The position numbers and the translations under genes were made by a program. A DNA stretch of 64,000 nucleotides, from contig NW_027117347.1 of NCBI RefSeq assembly GCF_038025025.1, positions 1,550,001 through 1,614,000 on the forward strand, written 5' to 3'. Positions 37,319 to 50,658 of this stretch are shown here, piece by piece. Origin of the DNA: Phyllosticta citribraziliensis. Taxonomy: Eukaryota. Below the pieces are notes generated by a model, which worked only from the letters and a program-made list of their open reading frames with translations, did not search any database and was not told the DNA's origin. Within the stretch, counting starts at the first letter, position 1; each line of letters begins with the position of its first letter.

Positions 37319-38835
37319 GCATTGTCGTTGTCATTGTTGGGCACTTGAAGGGGCGAGCCATGGGCCATGGGCGATGCTTGATATTTCCTTTTTCACTGCT
37401 GTTCCCCATTCCCCTTTTTTCTCCATATTTCTTTCTCATCTTTCTTTGTTGAGACGAGAGACGGGATGGACGTCGATGGCAGTGGCAGATGGCAGATGAG
37501 TGGTTTAGTGCATGCATGCATGATGGAATGACGGCCGACTGAAAATGCTGGGGAGTGATGATGGGCGGGAGGGAGCACTTTCGACAGACAGACAGCAAGA
37601 AAAGCGGACGAAAAGAATGCCATTATCGATTATTAAATGTGGTTTTTTTGTTGCTTGGTGCAGAGGAGAGTGAGGTAACTGTGCGCGTGTGCCAGCCTGA
37701 TATTATCAATTGACTGAGAAATTGCTTGTTGGGATCGATTGGCGGCGTATTCTCGTCCCTTCCTCCTCCTCCCAGGGTAGGCACCCGCAAGGCACTCACC
37801 CTGCTGCTCCGCCACGCCGCGCCACGCCACACAAACAAGCCCACCGCAGTAAACGTACGTACGATATGTAGCGGTTGGGCGGCCAGCTTCCCCCCTGCCC
37901 GGCCGTCGCACCAGAAGCTCGGAAAGTGAGGTAGAGCGGCAGACCGCCAGAAAGGGAAAGAGGGTATAGGAGAGGAGGAGGCAAGGCGGGCCCGGTGTTT
38001 TGAATGAAATGAATGCGAATGTGCAGCTCGGAGTCTGGATGCGTGCGCCGGGCAAAAAGTTTTCTATTCCTCGATGAGGAGGATGGGAGAGAGAGGCGAA
38101 GGAGAAGGAGAAGGAGAAGAGGAAGGGGAGGGAGGACAGTTGATGCGTCAAAGGGGGGGGGAAGGGTTCGTCGCGCGCATCTTGCCTCTCTCTCTCCTCT
38201 CTCTCAAGATTCTTTAGCCCGGTCCCCTTTATCTACATGTATCGTCTTTCCCTCTTTTAAGCGCTTGGGATTGTCGTTTCACCGCTCGATCTACAAACCG
38301 GCGAATGGGAAGGGAGCGGGGAGAAGGACGCGTCAGTGTTGGAACCGCTGGAGTTCCGCTTTGATGTGTTCGAGCGAGTCTCTTCTGTTCTGTACATGTG
38401 TACTGGCGATGGATAAAGTCTCGCTGGTGAGATAGTTGCGGATGGAGTCGTGGTGTTCTCCCTGTCTGTACCTATAAACTCGTTCTGATGCGGGGCGGGT
38501 CGTCCGCCTTATGACGGCAACTGACTGCCGACAGACAAGCAGACGGACGGTAGCAGCGGAGTCTTTGGACAATGTTGGAGAGGGTGGACAACAGTGACAG
38601 AAGATGGTAGTATAAGCCGGCCGGTCTATCGACAGCGAGCTATTTATCGATTCGCTCAGTCGTACACCACCGCGCAGCAAGTCAGTAGTAAGTAGTAGTC
38701 GTCGGTCAGTCAATCAGTCGTACATCAGCCAAAACAAAGCGCCGCCGCCCAGTCTCCAGATCTCCGTCCGTCCGTCCGTCCATCCGTCTGACAATGTACA
38801 CGCCTAACACGGCAAACAGACGGGAAGGCAGGCCC

Positions 38836-40473
38836 TCAGTACACGTTCGCCTTGTGCGCCGAATCCACGCCCACGACCTCGACTCTCTCCTCCTCCCCCT
38901 TGCCCAGCCCGCTCTCCTCGTCGCCGACCGCCTTCGCCCTGACCGCGCCCTTGCCCTCCGGGTTGAGCCCAATGTCGCTCTCGCCAATCTTATCCGCGAC
39001 TTCGCGATACGCTGGGACATAATTGACGCACAGGGCATACGACCACGACAAAATGAAGAAAACAACCGGAACGACCATGGCGAAGCCAGTATCATTGCGA
39101 TTATCAGCGACAGCACCGAGGATGGCCGGGACAGCCGCGCCGCCGCTGACGCCCGCGATGATGAGGCCGGCGCCGCGCTTGGTGTGGCGGCCCAGGCCGC
39201 GGATGCCCAGCGCGACGATGGTCGGGAAGCACACGCTCTCGAAGAAGAGCGTCATGTTGAGCATGGCGAGCCCCGTGTTGCCGACCGTGTTGATCGACGC
39301 CGCGTTGAACGCCACCACGCCCGTCAGGTACACGAGGAAGACGATGCGCGGCTTGACGAACTTCATTAGTATCGACCCGCTGAACCGCCCGATGGCGAAG
39401 CAGCCCTGCGCGATGGCGAGGAAATTTGCTGCTGTTGCGTTCGACGTCCCCGGCCGCGTCTCGGTTACGTAGTTGATGAAGTAGGTTGCGATGGCCACTG
39501 CCGAGCGTCAGTATGCCCCCGCAGAAGGTGTGAGGGGGGATCAACGCACCCTGAGCACCCACGTAAAACCACTGCGAGGCCGCCGCGTGGAACAGCTTAT
39601 ACTGTTTCCGAAACGGCTGATCATTCGTCCCGGCATGCGTCTCTTCAGCCTGCAGCGCCATATCGGCGTCCGTGACTTCGGGAATCCGGGCAATGTAAAA
39701 GACGGCGGCGAGGCAAAACACAAAGATGCCAATCGCGAGATACACCCACTGGACGCTCTTGAGGCTGTTGCTGTCGTTGCCCGTGTTCTTGAAGAAGACG
39801 TGCGACCCCAGCACGGGGCCCACGACGGTGCCGACGGCCTGGACGGCCTGCGCCAGGTTGATGCGCAGCTCGGCGTACTTGGGCGGGCCGCACACGGCCA
39901 TGAAGGGGTTCGCCGCCGTCTCGAGCGACCCCAGCCCGCTGCCGATGACGACGGTTGCGCCGCAGAAGCCGCCAAACGACTTGTTCAGTCCCGCCGGCCA
40001 CATGCAGAGCGCGCCGATGCCGTACAGAATCAGGCCCAGCATGAACGTGGCCTTGTAGCCATAGTGCCGCAGCGTGTAGTTGGCAAAGCCCAGAGACGCG
40101 AGCGGGTATGCACTGGACGAGAATGAGAAAGGGAAATTTGAAAGGAGTGCATTCTCTTTGGACACATTGAGACTGACCCGAAGTAGGCGCCTTGCAAACC
40201 AGACGATCTCGCCCGAGTGATGTGGAGCTGGTTTTGAAAGTGCTTGTTGAGCGTGTCGAGGAGACCATATGCGAAGCCCTGGGCAAGTATGTTAGCCGAT
40301 CAACCGTTTAAACGGACAGAGAATGCAAAGGCACACACCCATAAAAAGTACAAAATGGTAACAAGGAACAGCGGCATCAACGACTCCCTCACCGTGAGCT
40401 CAGAGGCCCGCGTGGGCGTGTCGTTGCCGGCCTTGAGGGCCGTCCTCCTGCGTACGATTGCCTTGAAGCCCAT
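38836..40473 (-). CDS. MFS transporter, L-fucose permease / glucose-galactose transporter (FucP) family; multi-exon
   Basis: MGFKAIVRRR...LYFLW|GFAYGLLDTLNKHFQ, GSGLGSLETAANPF, RINLAQAVQAVG, YVGAQ and FESVCFPTIVALG. Confidence 0.9.
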
Positions 40474-41646
40474 GATGGAGTCGGTTTAGGCCGTAGTGGG
40501 CAACAAGAGCAGCATGACCTACCGGCTAGCCAAAAGGGCCAGGCCCCGGGGTGATATAGAGCGGCGGCGCGCAGGGAAGAGGCAGACAGCCAGACGCACG
40601 GAACCACCCACCTGCGGCTAGATGCAATGGATGTGCCTACCGGTCGTTGGCGCCAGGGGCCTGATTTGTTCCTCGTCTCTCTTTGCGACTGACTGTCTGA
40701 CCTCGCTGCGGCTGCCTCTACCCCGCGATTCACGTCAATAGACAATAGCCGCAGGAGTCGGCGGGTGGTCATTTGTTGCCACCACGAGCTCTCTCCACTC
40801 GGACGAGCCAGTCCTACCACGACAGACCTGTCGACCGCACCAAGATGGCCGTCGGAGTTGAGCGCGCCTTTGTGCGCGCGGCAGCACGACACCCACGGGC
40901 TTCTCGAACTCTTTGGCGGCCGTTTTGTGCATCGCGCTCCCGTCCGACGTCAGCAAGCAGGCGACGACAGCAACAAGGACGCTACGTCCGCCAGCAGCAA
41001 AGCGCGCCGAAGCCGTCGCCGCGCCGCTTGAGTCGACGCAATGCCCGGCGCATCATTGCGATGCGGTCGCGAGCGGGGTCTTGGCTGCATGCGGGGTTGC
41101 AGCAACCTTGTTATTCCCTGTACCCCGTTACCCCATGGGGAAGCTGAGATGAAAAGACGCATGATTGGGCGCATCGGTCCAGCCTGCACCGAACTGCGGG
41201 CCTCCTCTTTTTTGGATTGACCTTCGGGGCGTTTTTGAAGACTCTTTGCTCGTATAGTGTGCGTGGCTAAAACCAGCCAATGCACGATGACTCGCGTGGA
41301 ATGCGGATCGAATCTTCGTTGCATATAGGGCGACGTCAGACATGCTTGTTGAAGAGCAAGTTGGAAGCTTGTTGGGACTTCAGATGCGGAGCGAACCTGA
41401 CTTGGTGTGGGGTGCGAGCGGATCGAGAAATCTTTGCTGAATGGGCCCTGGAACAAACTGCAAGTAAAATATGCTGTAGACGTCAATATATGTATGAGCT
41501 GTACATGAAGATGCCGCGGGCTATACACGTGCCAAAGTGACCACCAACTCCCGATGCCGCAGTGCCTCTAAAAGCCTGAAAATCAGCAAAGCACCACACA
41601 GCTTCAAGTTCACCACTCACTTCAAGAATTTTCACCCCGCGCCCCA

Positions 41647-42642
41647 TTAGCAGACCAAAAACAGACCCGCATGAAACAGGCCTGCCAACACGACGACAAT
41701 TGTCCAGCCATCAAACGTGCCAATACGCCCAGCCGCGCCCTTGGGCTTGACATTGGTCGCACTGCCACCGAGATACCAACTCCCAATGTCCGTCAGTTTG
41801 CCCTGCTGGTTCAACATGGCAACATTCGGACCGACATTGCTCACGTCGCTGCGGAATGAGCCAAAGTACGAGTACCGCGTGACGTTGCTGGATTGGTGTT
41901 AATAGTATGCAAAAGGACAAGGGAAATTTACTCACGTCAGTCTGTCCAGATACTCGATGCTCTGGTTGAAGAAGGTCTGCGTCGTCTTCAGATCCTCCTC
42001 GGCCAGCGCAAACTCCGTCACCCACACCTCAGACATGTTTGGATACGTCGCCATGACCTGGCCGAGGTGGCTCGCCAAGCCCTCAAAGTTGCCGTAGTAG
42101 TGCACGGGGATGAAGTCTGGATGGCAGCCGCCCGCGCACTCGGAGAAGAAGTTTTGCAGCCAGGTGAATCCAGTCGGGGCACTCGTGACGGCCGGCGCGC
42201 CCACCTTGACCCCCTTCTTGCGCAGCGGCTCAATCTGACGCTTCCACGTGCTGGCCGCCAGATCTGCCGGCACATTGCTGCCACCCGTCGAATGGCCTCC
42301 GTCGGGCTCGTTGAAAGCAAGCACGTGCGTGATGTTGCGTCCATCATCAAGCAGCTTCTCAACCGCGTCCAGAAACGTCGTCGATGTGTCTTCGTCAGAA
42401 GCACCCCACAGCATGGGCACAAAGTTCAACGACGTATTGTCGTACAGGTCCGTCTCGGCGTAGCCGTAGTTGTAGTACCATGTGAGGTCCGAGCCATTGT
42501 CGACAAAGATTTCGCCATCATCCGGGTGCTTCGAGCTGGGGACATAGACGAGGCCGCGCTTCGAGGACCGCGTCGCTGATCCTGTCCCGATGAGTGCGAA
42601 AAATGCTGCCGCGAGAAGCAAGGCGTGGAGACGGCACAACAT
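41647..42642 (-). CDS. GH128 (ASL1-like) beta-1,3-glucanase, secreted, with a hydrophobic C-terminal GPI-like tail; 2 exons
   Basis: Signal peptide, then SSKRGLVY, WYYNY, FVPMLWG, AFNEPD, PVHYYG and VWVTEFA (two catalytic Glu). Exon 2 reads NVTRYSYFGSFRS...WTIVVVLAGLFHAGLFLVC*. Confidence 0.88.
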
Positions 42643-44601
42643 TATGGGGAAGAAGCAGGAGAAAAGACGCTCGAAGAAATGTGGACCGCGATACAGTGGA
42701 GTGCAGCTGGTAATCATACAATGATAGGATCCAGGGCGGATGGACGTATGACGTCGCAAACGCTGGTTCGTCCGGGGCTGTCCTGCACGTCAGCTAGGAG
42801 AAGGCGACGAATTCGGAAAATCTGCCAGGCACGAAAAACCGGTTGCAATCCCGGATCTCTGTTTATATTCCAAACAGCAAAGGCATAGACGACGACGACG
42901 ACGACGAGACTAAGAGAGACGGAAATAGACTTGGCGATATTGAATCTATAATTTCAAGACGGGAGACGAGACGAGCTGAAGAAGGAAAAAATCAAGAACA
43001 GCAGAGAATGGCTGCTGTCTTCAGCCAGCCCAGCAAGCGACGAGCCACCACCGGCTGCCGGCAGCCGAGACGCCATGGCGAGGCGGATGCGCAGTCTAGA
43101 CGCGCCGGAGCTCCTGGCTGGGGAAAAGCGCAAGTCCAGGAGAGCGTCTGCGAATGAGGTAGTGCGCGAAGAAGAAACGGTCCCGTAGATGAGCTGGGGC
43201 GTGGCGGGTAGCAGCAGCGCCAATTCACCACATTTGCCGAAAAGCGAAGTGCAGTGGAGGCGGAGTGTGGACAAAGACGCCTTTAAAAGTTGGTTGAGCA
43301 TGGCATCCGCTGGGCGCTTATAAATGCATCACCGTCGGAATCGCGATAGGTGTGTACCTTAGGCTCTGGTGTTGTTGGCGGGATGAAGGGGGCAAGTCGG
43401 CTCGACTCGCCTGGCTTGTGAGCTGGGGCCTTCGCGTCCGTCGGCCAAGTCTCCGTTGTAGGGCAACCACAGCCGCACCCTGGCGACGTCACACGCGACA
43501 TCACCACCGACGTCTTTTTCGCACGGCGGGTGGAGGCGATCGTCTTGCTCTGACAAACTGCAAACACCACGCCTGCGCGAGCTGCGGACCACCGAAGCGT
43601 CGCGCGCCGACTTGCGCGGTGGCGACGTCGTATCGCCGAATAACCCGGTGGACTGATCTGTTGTCCTCCACCCACCTGGCACACTGAGCCCCGCTGTCTA
43701 CTCACTACCCAGCGGTTTCCATTTGCAACGGAAAAGGACTGGAAAGAGGTGGCCGCAGGGTAGGCCACCTTCTCCAACATCATGGCGGGGCGCTTTGCGG
43801 GGAATTTGTGAGTAATGAAGAGTCGCGCTGGACAGCTGCTCGGTGAATTTACAAATAAGTCGGGAAAGGGATCACGAACGAGCGGTAGGTCTGGAGCCTT
43901 GCATAGGCTGCCGGTTGTTGTACGTAAACGAAACGCTGTTGGGCGCGCAGGTTGCATGGCCTGGAGGACCAAGAAAGAAGTACCGCTGCAGCACGTGAGT
44001 TGACATGGACGACTAAATTTGAATGTCCATTTTGGGCAATAGAAGACGCGCTATAGGTGTAGGAGTAGACAGCTTGGATGCGCCAAGCCTTTTCCCGACC
44101 TTGTTGAGGTCAATCGAGCGGCCATCACCTGCTCATCTCCAAGTCAAACAGGACTGCACCAAGGCCAATGAGATGCGGTCCCCAGGGATGAGCTACTCCA
44201 AGTTACTCGTACCGCCAATATCACTATGGTCGACGGCTCGTCCGACTATCAATCATACATGGCACCAGCAGCCAATGCAGCTAGACCGGCGCGCTACCAA
44301 TGGATCAAGCAACGACGACCTCAAGCACGATATCATCGTGACAAAGGCGCAACAAGACGCAACTGGGAACCCATGGTTCAGCACTGTGAGCACGCATATA
44401 AGACAGGCAGGGAATAACTGTGAATTCATATTTCATCTTCATTCGTCAAAAAGTCTTGTGGGTATATAACCAGTATAATAGCCCGCCAGGTCGCGCAAGA
44501 GGGGAAAAAGATCGTAAAAAGACAACACGCCGCTTTCTCCGGATTCGTTAATCAAGGAAAACCAAAGAAACAACTCCGCTTCGTAGCAAATGGAAGCATC
44601 C

Positions 44602-46190
44602 TCACGACTGCGAGTTGTCGGCGCAGCTCCAGCTGGCACCGCTCGAGTCGTCATGCAGGGCCTTGCCGGACGCGTACAGACCCAGGCCGCAAATGGCGGC
44701 GCCGATGAGAATCAGACCGACGGCGGCTGCAAAGGCGGCGATGCGCTTGGGTCCGGAAAAGTAGTCGCCCCTGTACACGTGCAGCCACATGATGCCGCCG
44801 AGCGCATAGCTGAAGAGGGACGCGAAGAGCGACGAGACGAAGCCGAGCAGGTTGCTGAAGTTGGGGATGCTGGCGGCGATGATGAACGAGACGACGCAAA
44901 TGGCGGCGTCGATACCGAGCCACGAGGCCGTGGCGACGAAGCCACGAGAGTGCAGGTAGGGCGTGCCCTTGAAGATGCGCAGGTAGAACGACTTGCACGA
45001 CAGGTGGCCGAAAATGACACCAGCGATGATGATCTGGTTCGCCATTAGTTCTAGCGCTTAATCGGGATAGGGTTTGTAGCCTTCTTACCGTGGGGAGGGC
45101 AATGCCGTAGGCGATTTTCCGGACAAGGAACCCAGTGCTACCAAGCGCGGGTGCGGTGACCATGTCACCGGCGTAGCGGTAGACGACGACCGCCACGATG
45201 ACGTACAGGATCGTGTTGACAATCTGCAGCATAGCCAGGGATTTGGGAAAGTCTCTCGGGTCCTTGAGCTCGGAAATCAGGGCGGGGAACGAGTTGTGGC
45301 AGGCAAAGGCAAAGACGACATTGGTGGTCTCGAGCATGCCTGCCGGGAACGAAGGGTGGGCGAATCCGGTAATGTGAGCGTTCGGCTTGGGAGAAACACC
45401 AAGGGCGATCATGGTGAGAACAACGGCGGAACCGATGCTAAGCGCGGCTGCGTGGCGGTTAGGCATCATTCCAACTCGAGAGCGCGGCTCAACTTACAGG
45501 CGATCGAAAAGTACGACACATTCTTCAGGGTCCTCGGGATCAAGAACAGGAAGAAGACAATCACCGCGACAACACCCCAGACAAGAGTGCAAGTGCCGTG
45601 CTCGGTAATTACGTTGAAGCAAATCATGAACGTGAGGACGTGACTGGCCATGCAGAAGATGTTGAAAATGTTGTACGCAAGTCCAACAAGCTCCTGGCCC
45701 CACGCTCCAAAGATGATGCCACCGACATCTGCAACGTTGTTGATCTGTCTCGGTCAGTCAAAGATTCCGTAAACGCAAAAAGTTGACACGTACGAAGGGG
45801 TACTTCATCTTGAAAACATAGTACAGGTAACCCGAGTAAGTGGTAATCAAGCAGAGACAAAGCAAAACGATGAGACCGGGTCCCAGACCAATCGCCTTCA
45901 TGACGGCAGGAAGGGAGAGAATTCCAAGGGAAATGTTTTCGGCAATCATGACTGGGCAAGTCAGCACAGGGATGAGATGTTGACATGTCAATTCAAGACG
46001 TACCCATGCCAGCCTGCCACCAAGCCATGGTCTTGTACTTGACTTCGGCACTGGCTTCGTCGCCAAAAACGTCGACTTCGCCCTCGACCTTGAAGGTTGG
46101 TGCCGCTTCGCTGTCATTTTCCGGCGTGAAGGAGGATTCCTTTTCCTTGGTCACGTCGTCCGGGTGGTGAATCTTCTCGGGAGCTTCCAT
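44602..46190 (-). CDS. Neutral amino acid permease (Aa_trans / Mtr-like), multi-exon
   Basis: VKYKTMAWWQAGM|VMIAENISLGILSLP, FAFACHNSFPALISELKDPRDFPKSL, KIAYGIALPT and IPNFSNLLGFVSSLFAS. Confidence 0.92.
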
Positions 46191-49155
46191 CTTGCCAAAT
46201 GCGTGTCGTTGTTCGTGTGCGGAGCGGATGAGGAGAGGATCAAGGATTTTGAGCAGCTGGAGAAGCGACTAGGGCTTACTAGTGCCGGCCCCACAGAAGA
46301 CACGGCAGACACGTGTTCGAGAGAGGAAGAAGGTGAGTAAAGGTTGGGGTACGCCAGAAGCTGTCGGCTGGGAAGTCGCGTTAAATGTGGAGGGCGACAA
46401 AGGCCCGCCGTCCTGGCTTTGCCCACAGAATTGGCTAATTATCTGGGTGATGCTATCTTTCAGACGTAATCGAGCTCGAGCTGGTTGGGGGAAGGCGCCG
46501 GTACAAAACTGGCCTCTGCGTGAGAATTCTGCTGGTTCCCTGGTTGAGCTCGCTTCAGTTATGTAAAAGAAAGCAAGGTTCAACGGCGCAGACCCACCAT
46601 TTAGGAGCCCATTGCCACGCTAATGGGACGGCTATCTCAAAAGATCTCATGATGCGCGCAAGAACTGGGGAACTCGTCGAGACACTGCTTTCAGGGTCTC
46701 TTAAGCACACGATGATGCGAGAGACGGCCTCTGGCAGGTCAATGTTGGTCATGGTGGCGCATCGTAGCCGTCGTAGGGCTGTGAGGCGCTTTTCCTGTTC
46801 CTTTTTGTCGGTCCGAAGCCGTGCGGGAGGGCCCGAATTCGGGACCGATACCGTCACCGCCCGTGTTGCTCCGGATGCTGCCGACCTGGACTGAGATGGC
46901 TAACGCAGTTGAGGAGGGTATCTGCGCTCGTGACGCCTCCGGCGAGCCTCAAAAGGCCGTATTGATCTCCTCACGTGGGAGTTGACGGTGTTTGGGTGCG
47001 GATTCGGCATCTGGCCTCTGCTTTTTTGCCCTCCGCCCGACCAGGCCACCCATTGCCCCTTTGAGAGACGCCGACGTCAAATGCTCATCCGTTCTCCTTG
47101 GGGTCCAACGACGTTGCGGGATTGTGGGATGCAAGACCACACAACCCCGGGTGATTCCCGGTCAATGTTGTGCGGATTCCCCAGGGCCGACCTGACCTTT
47201 CTCCACCGAGACTCTCCACAGACTAAATCCGAAGCGGGCTTCAGGGGATGGCTGGCTTGCACTCTCCAGACTCGAAGCGGATCGTGTATAATTGGCAGCG
47301 GGAGACCTAAGTTTCAACAAGACTCGTCGAGATGTTCTGGAGCAAAGTTGAGCCGGTCATGGCAAGTCGGCGATGGCTCTCGGCTACGGAGCGCTGGCCA
47401 TCAGCGTGTTCTGGAACGGACCAGCCGCATCTGTTTGTCCGTGGGTATTCAAAGTCCGGCAGCCTTTTCCGTCATCGCGCCAGCAAAACGCCGGCTCTCT
47501 TGCGCTACATGAGCCTTCATCATCGTCACAGTACCGCGTCAGCCAGATGAAATCCTGCCCCTTTGGCTCGACTCGTGTTCTTGACGCGAGTCTGTCGGAC
47601 TGATCGACCAATACATTGGGTCGGTGATCGACTGTCTGCAGGGAATTCGGCTTGATCTCCGCCTTGAGAAGGAAAGTCGTGTCCACTGCTTGCTGTTTCG
47701 ACCGTGCGGGGTATTGGAGTCGTTCCAAGTCAATGACGGAGGGGCCACGCTTTGTCGGACCATGGGCGTTCCGGCCTACCGAATATGACGGGCATGCAGA
47801 GTAGCACAATAGTAATGAAAAAGTCTTGACATTCGTATGTACGACATGGTCCGGTTTGCGTCAAAAACTGGCTGCGCCGCATAAATAAGATGGGCTCGAG
47901 TGGATTATAATGTGAAACAAGCTATCTCTTATCATGGCCGTAAAGTGATGACACCCCAGGCTCTTTATCTTGGGCGGTCCGGGGATCTCGAGTCGAGATA
48001 CGCACAGTCGAAGACGGGACTTGTCTTAGCTTGGCGGCTACCAATGTTCACATCAAAAGGCCCGGTGCCGTCGAACACGGTTGTTTGCTGAGCTCGTGTC
48101 GGGGAGCTCCGTAACACGGCAAGTCATTCTTTTGCGCCGAGCAGATTTGGAAAGTGATGAGAAAGAGCGTTTGGTGGTGTAGTTATCAAGCATCCAAGAA
48201 TTGAGGGGCGAGAGTAATCACCGCTGACAAATTTCAGTGGGCATCGCTTGCTGTTGGTAAACGCCGAATGCAAAGACTGACAAAATCAATCAATGATGCC
48301 GAGCCAGGAATTGTGAGCCACAACGAAGGACGAAATGACATAGCGACGGTACTTTGAGCGACATGGTGGTGCCGGTGCGTGTCGTGTTATTGTGACGGGC
48401 AGACGTCCGGGGTGACGCCGCTAGCGAAGTGAGGTACGGATGAGTCATCAGAAGGCTCTTGGCGCCAACAGCCGTCGAGTCCCCAGCCTCCCGCCTCCTC
48501 AATATCATCCATCACCACACGTCGTCCCGTCCGACCGTGCATCATCTCCATCTCCAACCCACCATCCACGACCTACCTCGGCCTCCTTCACGTCGCTCCT
48601 CCTCGCCTGCGCTTCGGTTCCCCCTGGTCATCGAACCACCTCGGGGTCTTTCTCTGTGGCGGTCTGGTTTGACGCGGCACAGGCTACTCCCAAAGACACT
48701 CGACGGCGGCTCGGTCGTCGACCTCTGACGTCGTCGACTGCTCCTTGACTTGTCATTTGCGGCAGTTGGCTTGTCGCTTTGCGCTCTGACTACCCCCAGA
48801 GGTTTTCCACGGCGGTCCGGTTCGTTGCCTGCGGTTGGATTCGCGTCCCTACGATACATTGTGAACTGTCCCCGGGATCCTTCGTAGCGGTTTGGCTGCC
48901 ATTGCGGTGGTTACCCTCGATAGGCATACCTGCGCGGCGCAACTCCCTCTGTTGAGTCTGGTGACGGCGCTCGCTTCTTTTCCGCCTCGACTTCTGGATG
49001 ACAACCGGCCTGCCCGAGTGAAGCGCCCATCGTTGGAGCACTTAGTCCTAAGTATCATCACATTAGCTCTCTGATCTCATTTGGATTCCTGTGTCTTCGT
49101 GCTTGGTTTTGCTTTGTCTGAACATTCTCTCTTGTCCTTTTCATATCGTATCAAC

Positions 49156-50658
49156 ATGAGTGGTGGATTTTTTGATCTTGTCAACGAGCGAGTCTTTGCG
49201 GTGTGGGAGGACAGTGTTGATGGTATTCAGAGTCTTGGTTCATTATCGCCTATCAATAAGAACGATCCCGGACTCACTTTCAAAGTCGGATTCGACGGTC
49301 AGCAGATTCTGCTTCGCTTTTCTATAAATGTGTCTTTTAGGACATCTGGCCGCGACGAGCGGAGGGAGCTCTTTCTCGTGCTGCCCGTCAAGGCGTTTTT
49401 TACACAGAGTAGCCCACCGCTAAAGGTTGACGACCTCAGAACAACCGATATTGGTGCCATTGCACCCAAAGTTCATGACGCGGGTCTCTCCAACGCCGGA
49501 CATGTTTTGCGGACCCAGTTCAGCCTTTCGGCACCAGGCCACGTCCTCATGCCCGTCACCAAAGCCCCTCGCCTGCGCCCAAGTACCTCGACGTCCCGCA
49601 AGATCCTCCTCGCCTTTCAGTCTCTGTCGCAGACGTCGGAGTTTAGCCTGTTCATAAAGCCCAGCGATTACGCACGCGTGGGCCTTCGGACGGTTTCCCA
49701 ACACCTAAGCAATGCGGAGTCCCTAGTCGATTTTCAGCTCGACTTTTCGGAAATGTACAACGGCAAAGGGGCAGTTTTGATGGACTGGGACAGATGCGAT
49801 TTGGGCCTCTCCATCAATGCAACTGCACCACCTCAATACGGACAGCAATCTCCGCCTCCACCGGTAACACCAGGGATTTTCCCCCCATCGATATTCGACA
49901 AGAGTTTTGTTACCCCCGGTGGAATCGAAAAACTGCCCTCTCCTCCGCCCTACCCCTACTCCACTCGACACGAGATACTCGTCCCCGAAAGTCCCCCTTT
50001 CGCCGCTGCGTCATCTCTCTGCAAGCCCAACTCGCCAGCTCCGCAGATCCCAGAGAAGCGCCGCTGTGCGTCCCCCGAACGCCCCGGCCCCACCAAGTAC
50101 CCATGCCAAAGCAGCCCCGCAACCGCAGCGGCAGGCCGCACAAGCACGAGTTCAACAGCGGAGCTCATGGCAGCCTTCTCAGCCTGGCTAGCCAAAGCGC
50201 TCGTCATCAACGAGACGCTCTACAACCACTCGCAGCTGCAACCCCATTTCGGCGCGCTGGGGCGGCACGGCCGCAGCGGCGACGCCGCATCCTTCTTCAC
50301 GACGCTGGCGCGCCTCGCCGCCGCCTTCTTCTACAACCCGCTCGACAGCCTGTCGGCCGCGCAGTTGGACGACCCCGCCGCGCGCGCCTTCGTGGCGGAT
50401 ATGCGGGCGTTTGAGACGTGGGTTTTGGGCGCGGGGCCGGTGGAGCACGTCAATGTTTTTGAGGACTTGCTTGAGATGGGCGGCGCGGCGAGGGAGGCGG
50501 TGCGGCAGGGGGCGGCGAGGCCTGGTGTGCTGCCAGGGGAGAAGGAGGAGGAGGTGCCCGCGGCGAAGGACGCGCTGGCGCGGTATCATCGGACGAAGGC
50601 GAGCTGTGTGGCGTTTTTGATGATTTACGCCAGGACAGACGACGGAGAAGGGGAGTGA
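49156..50658 (+). CDS. Hypothetical protein (about 500 aa): globular N-terminal domain, Pro-rich linker, helical C-terminal domain
   Basis: Uninterrupted 525-codon ORF with first ATG at 49156 (MSGGFFDLVNE) and protein-like composition. No family recognised. Confidence 0.7.
   Translation: MSGGFFDLVNERVFAVWEDSVDGIQSLGSLSPINKNDPGLTFKVGFDGQQILLRFSINVSFRTSGRDERRELFLVLPVKAFFTQSSPPLKVDDLRTTDIGAIAPKVHDAGLSNAGHVLRTQFSLSAPGHVLMPVTKAPRLRPSTSTSRKILLAFQSLSQTSEFSLFIKPSDYARVGLRTVSQHLSNAESLVDFQLDFSEMYNGKGAVLMDWDRCDLGLSINATAPPQYGQQSPPPPVTPGIFPPSIFDKSFVTPGGIEKLPSPPPYPYSTRHEILVPESPPFAAASSLCKPNSPAPQIPEKRRCASPERPGPTKYPCQSSPATAAAGRTSTSSTAELMAAFSAWLAKALVINETLYNHSQLQPHFGALGRHGRSGDAASFFTTLARLAAAFFYNPLDSLSAAQLDDPAARAFVADMRAFETWVLGAGPVEHVNVFEDLLEMGGAAREAVRQGAARPGVLPGEKEEEVPAAKDALARYHRTKASCVAFLMIYARTDDGEGE

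Noticed and set aside
42800..44500. Intergenic ORFs (e.g. 43283-43972) as genes or pseudogenes
   Set aside because: No codon bias, recognisable motifs or consistent splice structure.
38836..46190. MFS sugar transporter, GH128 and amino acid permease as a nutrient gene cluster
   Set aside because: The substrates are unrelated, the spacers are long and there is no regulator. Co-orientation alone is weak evidence.
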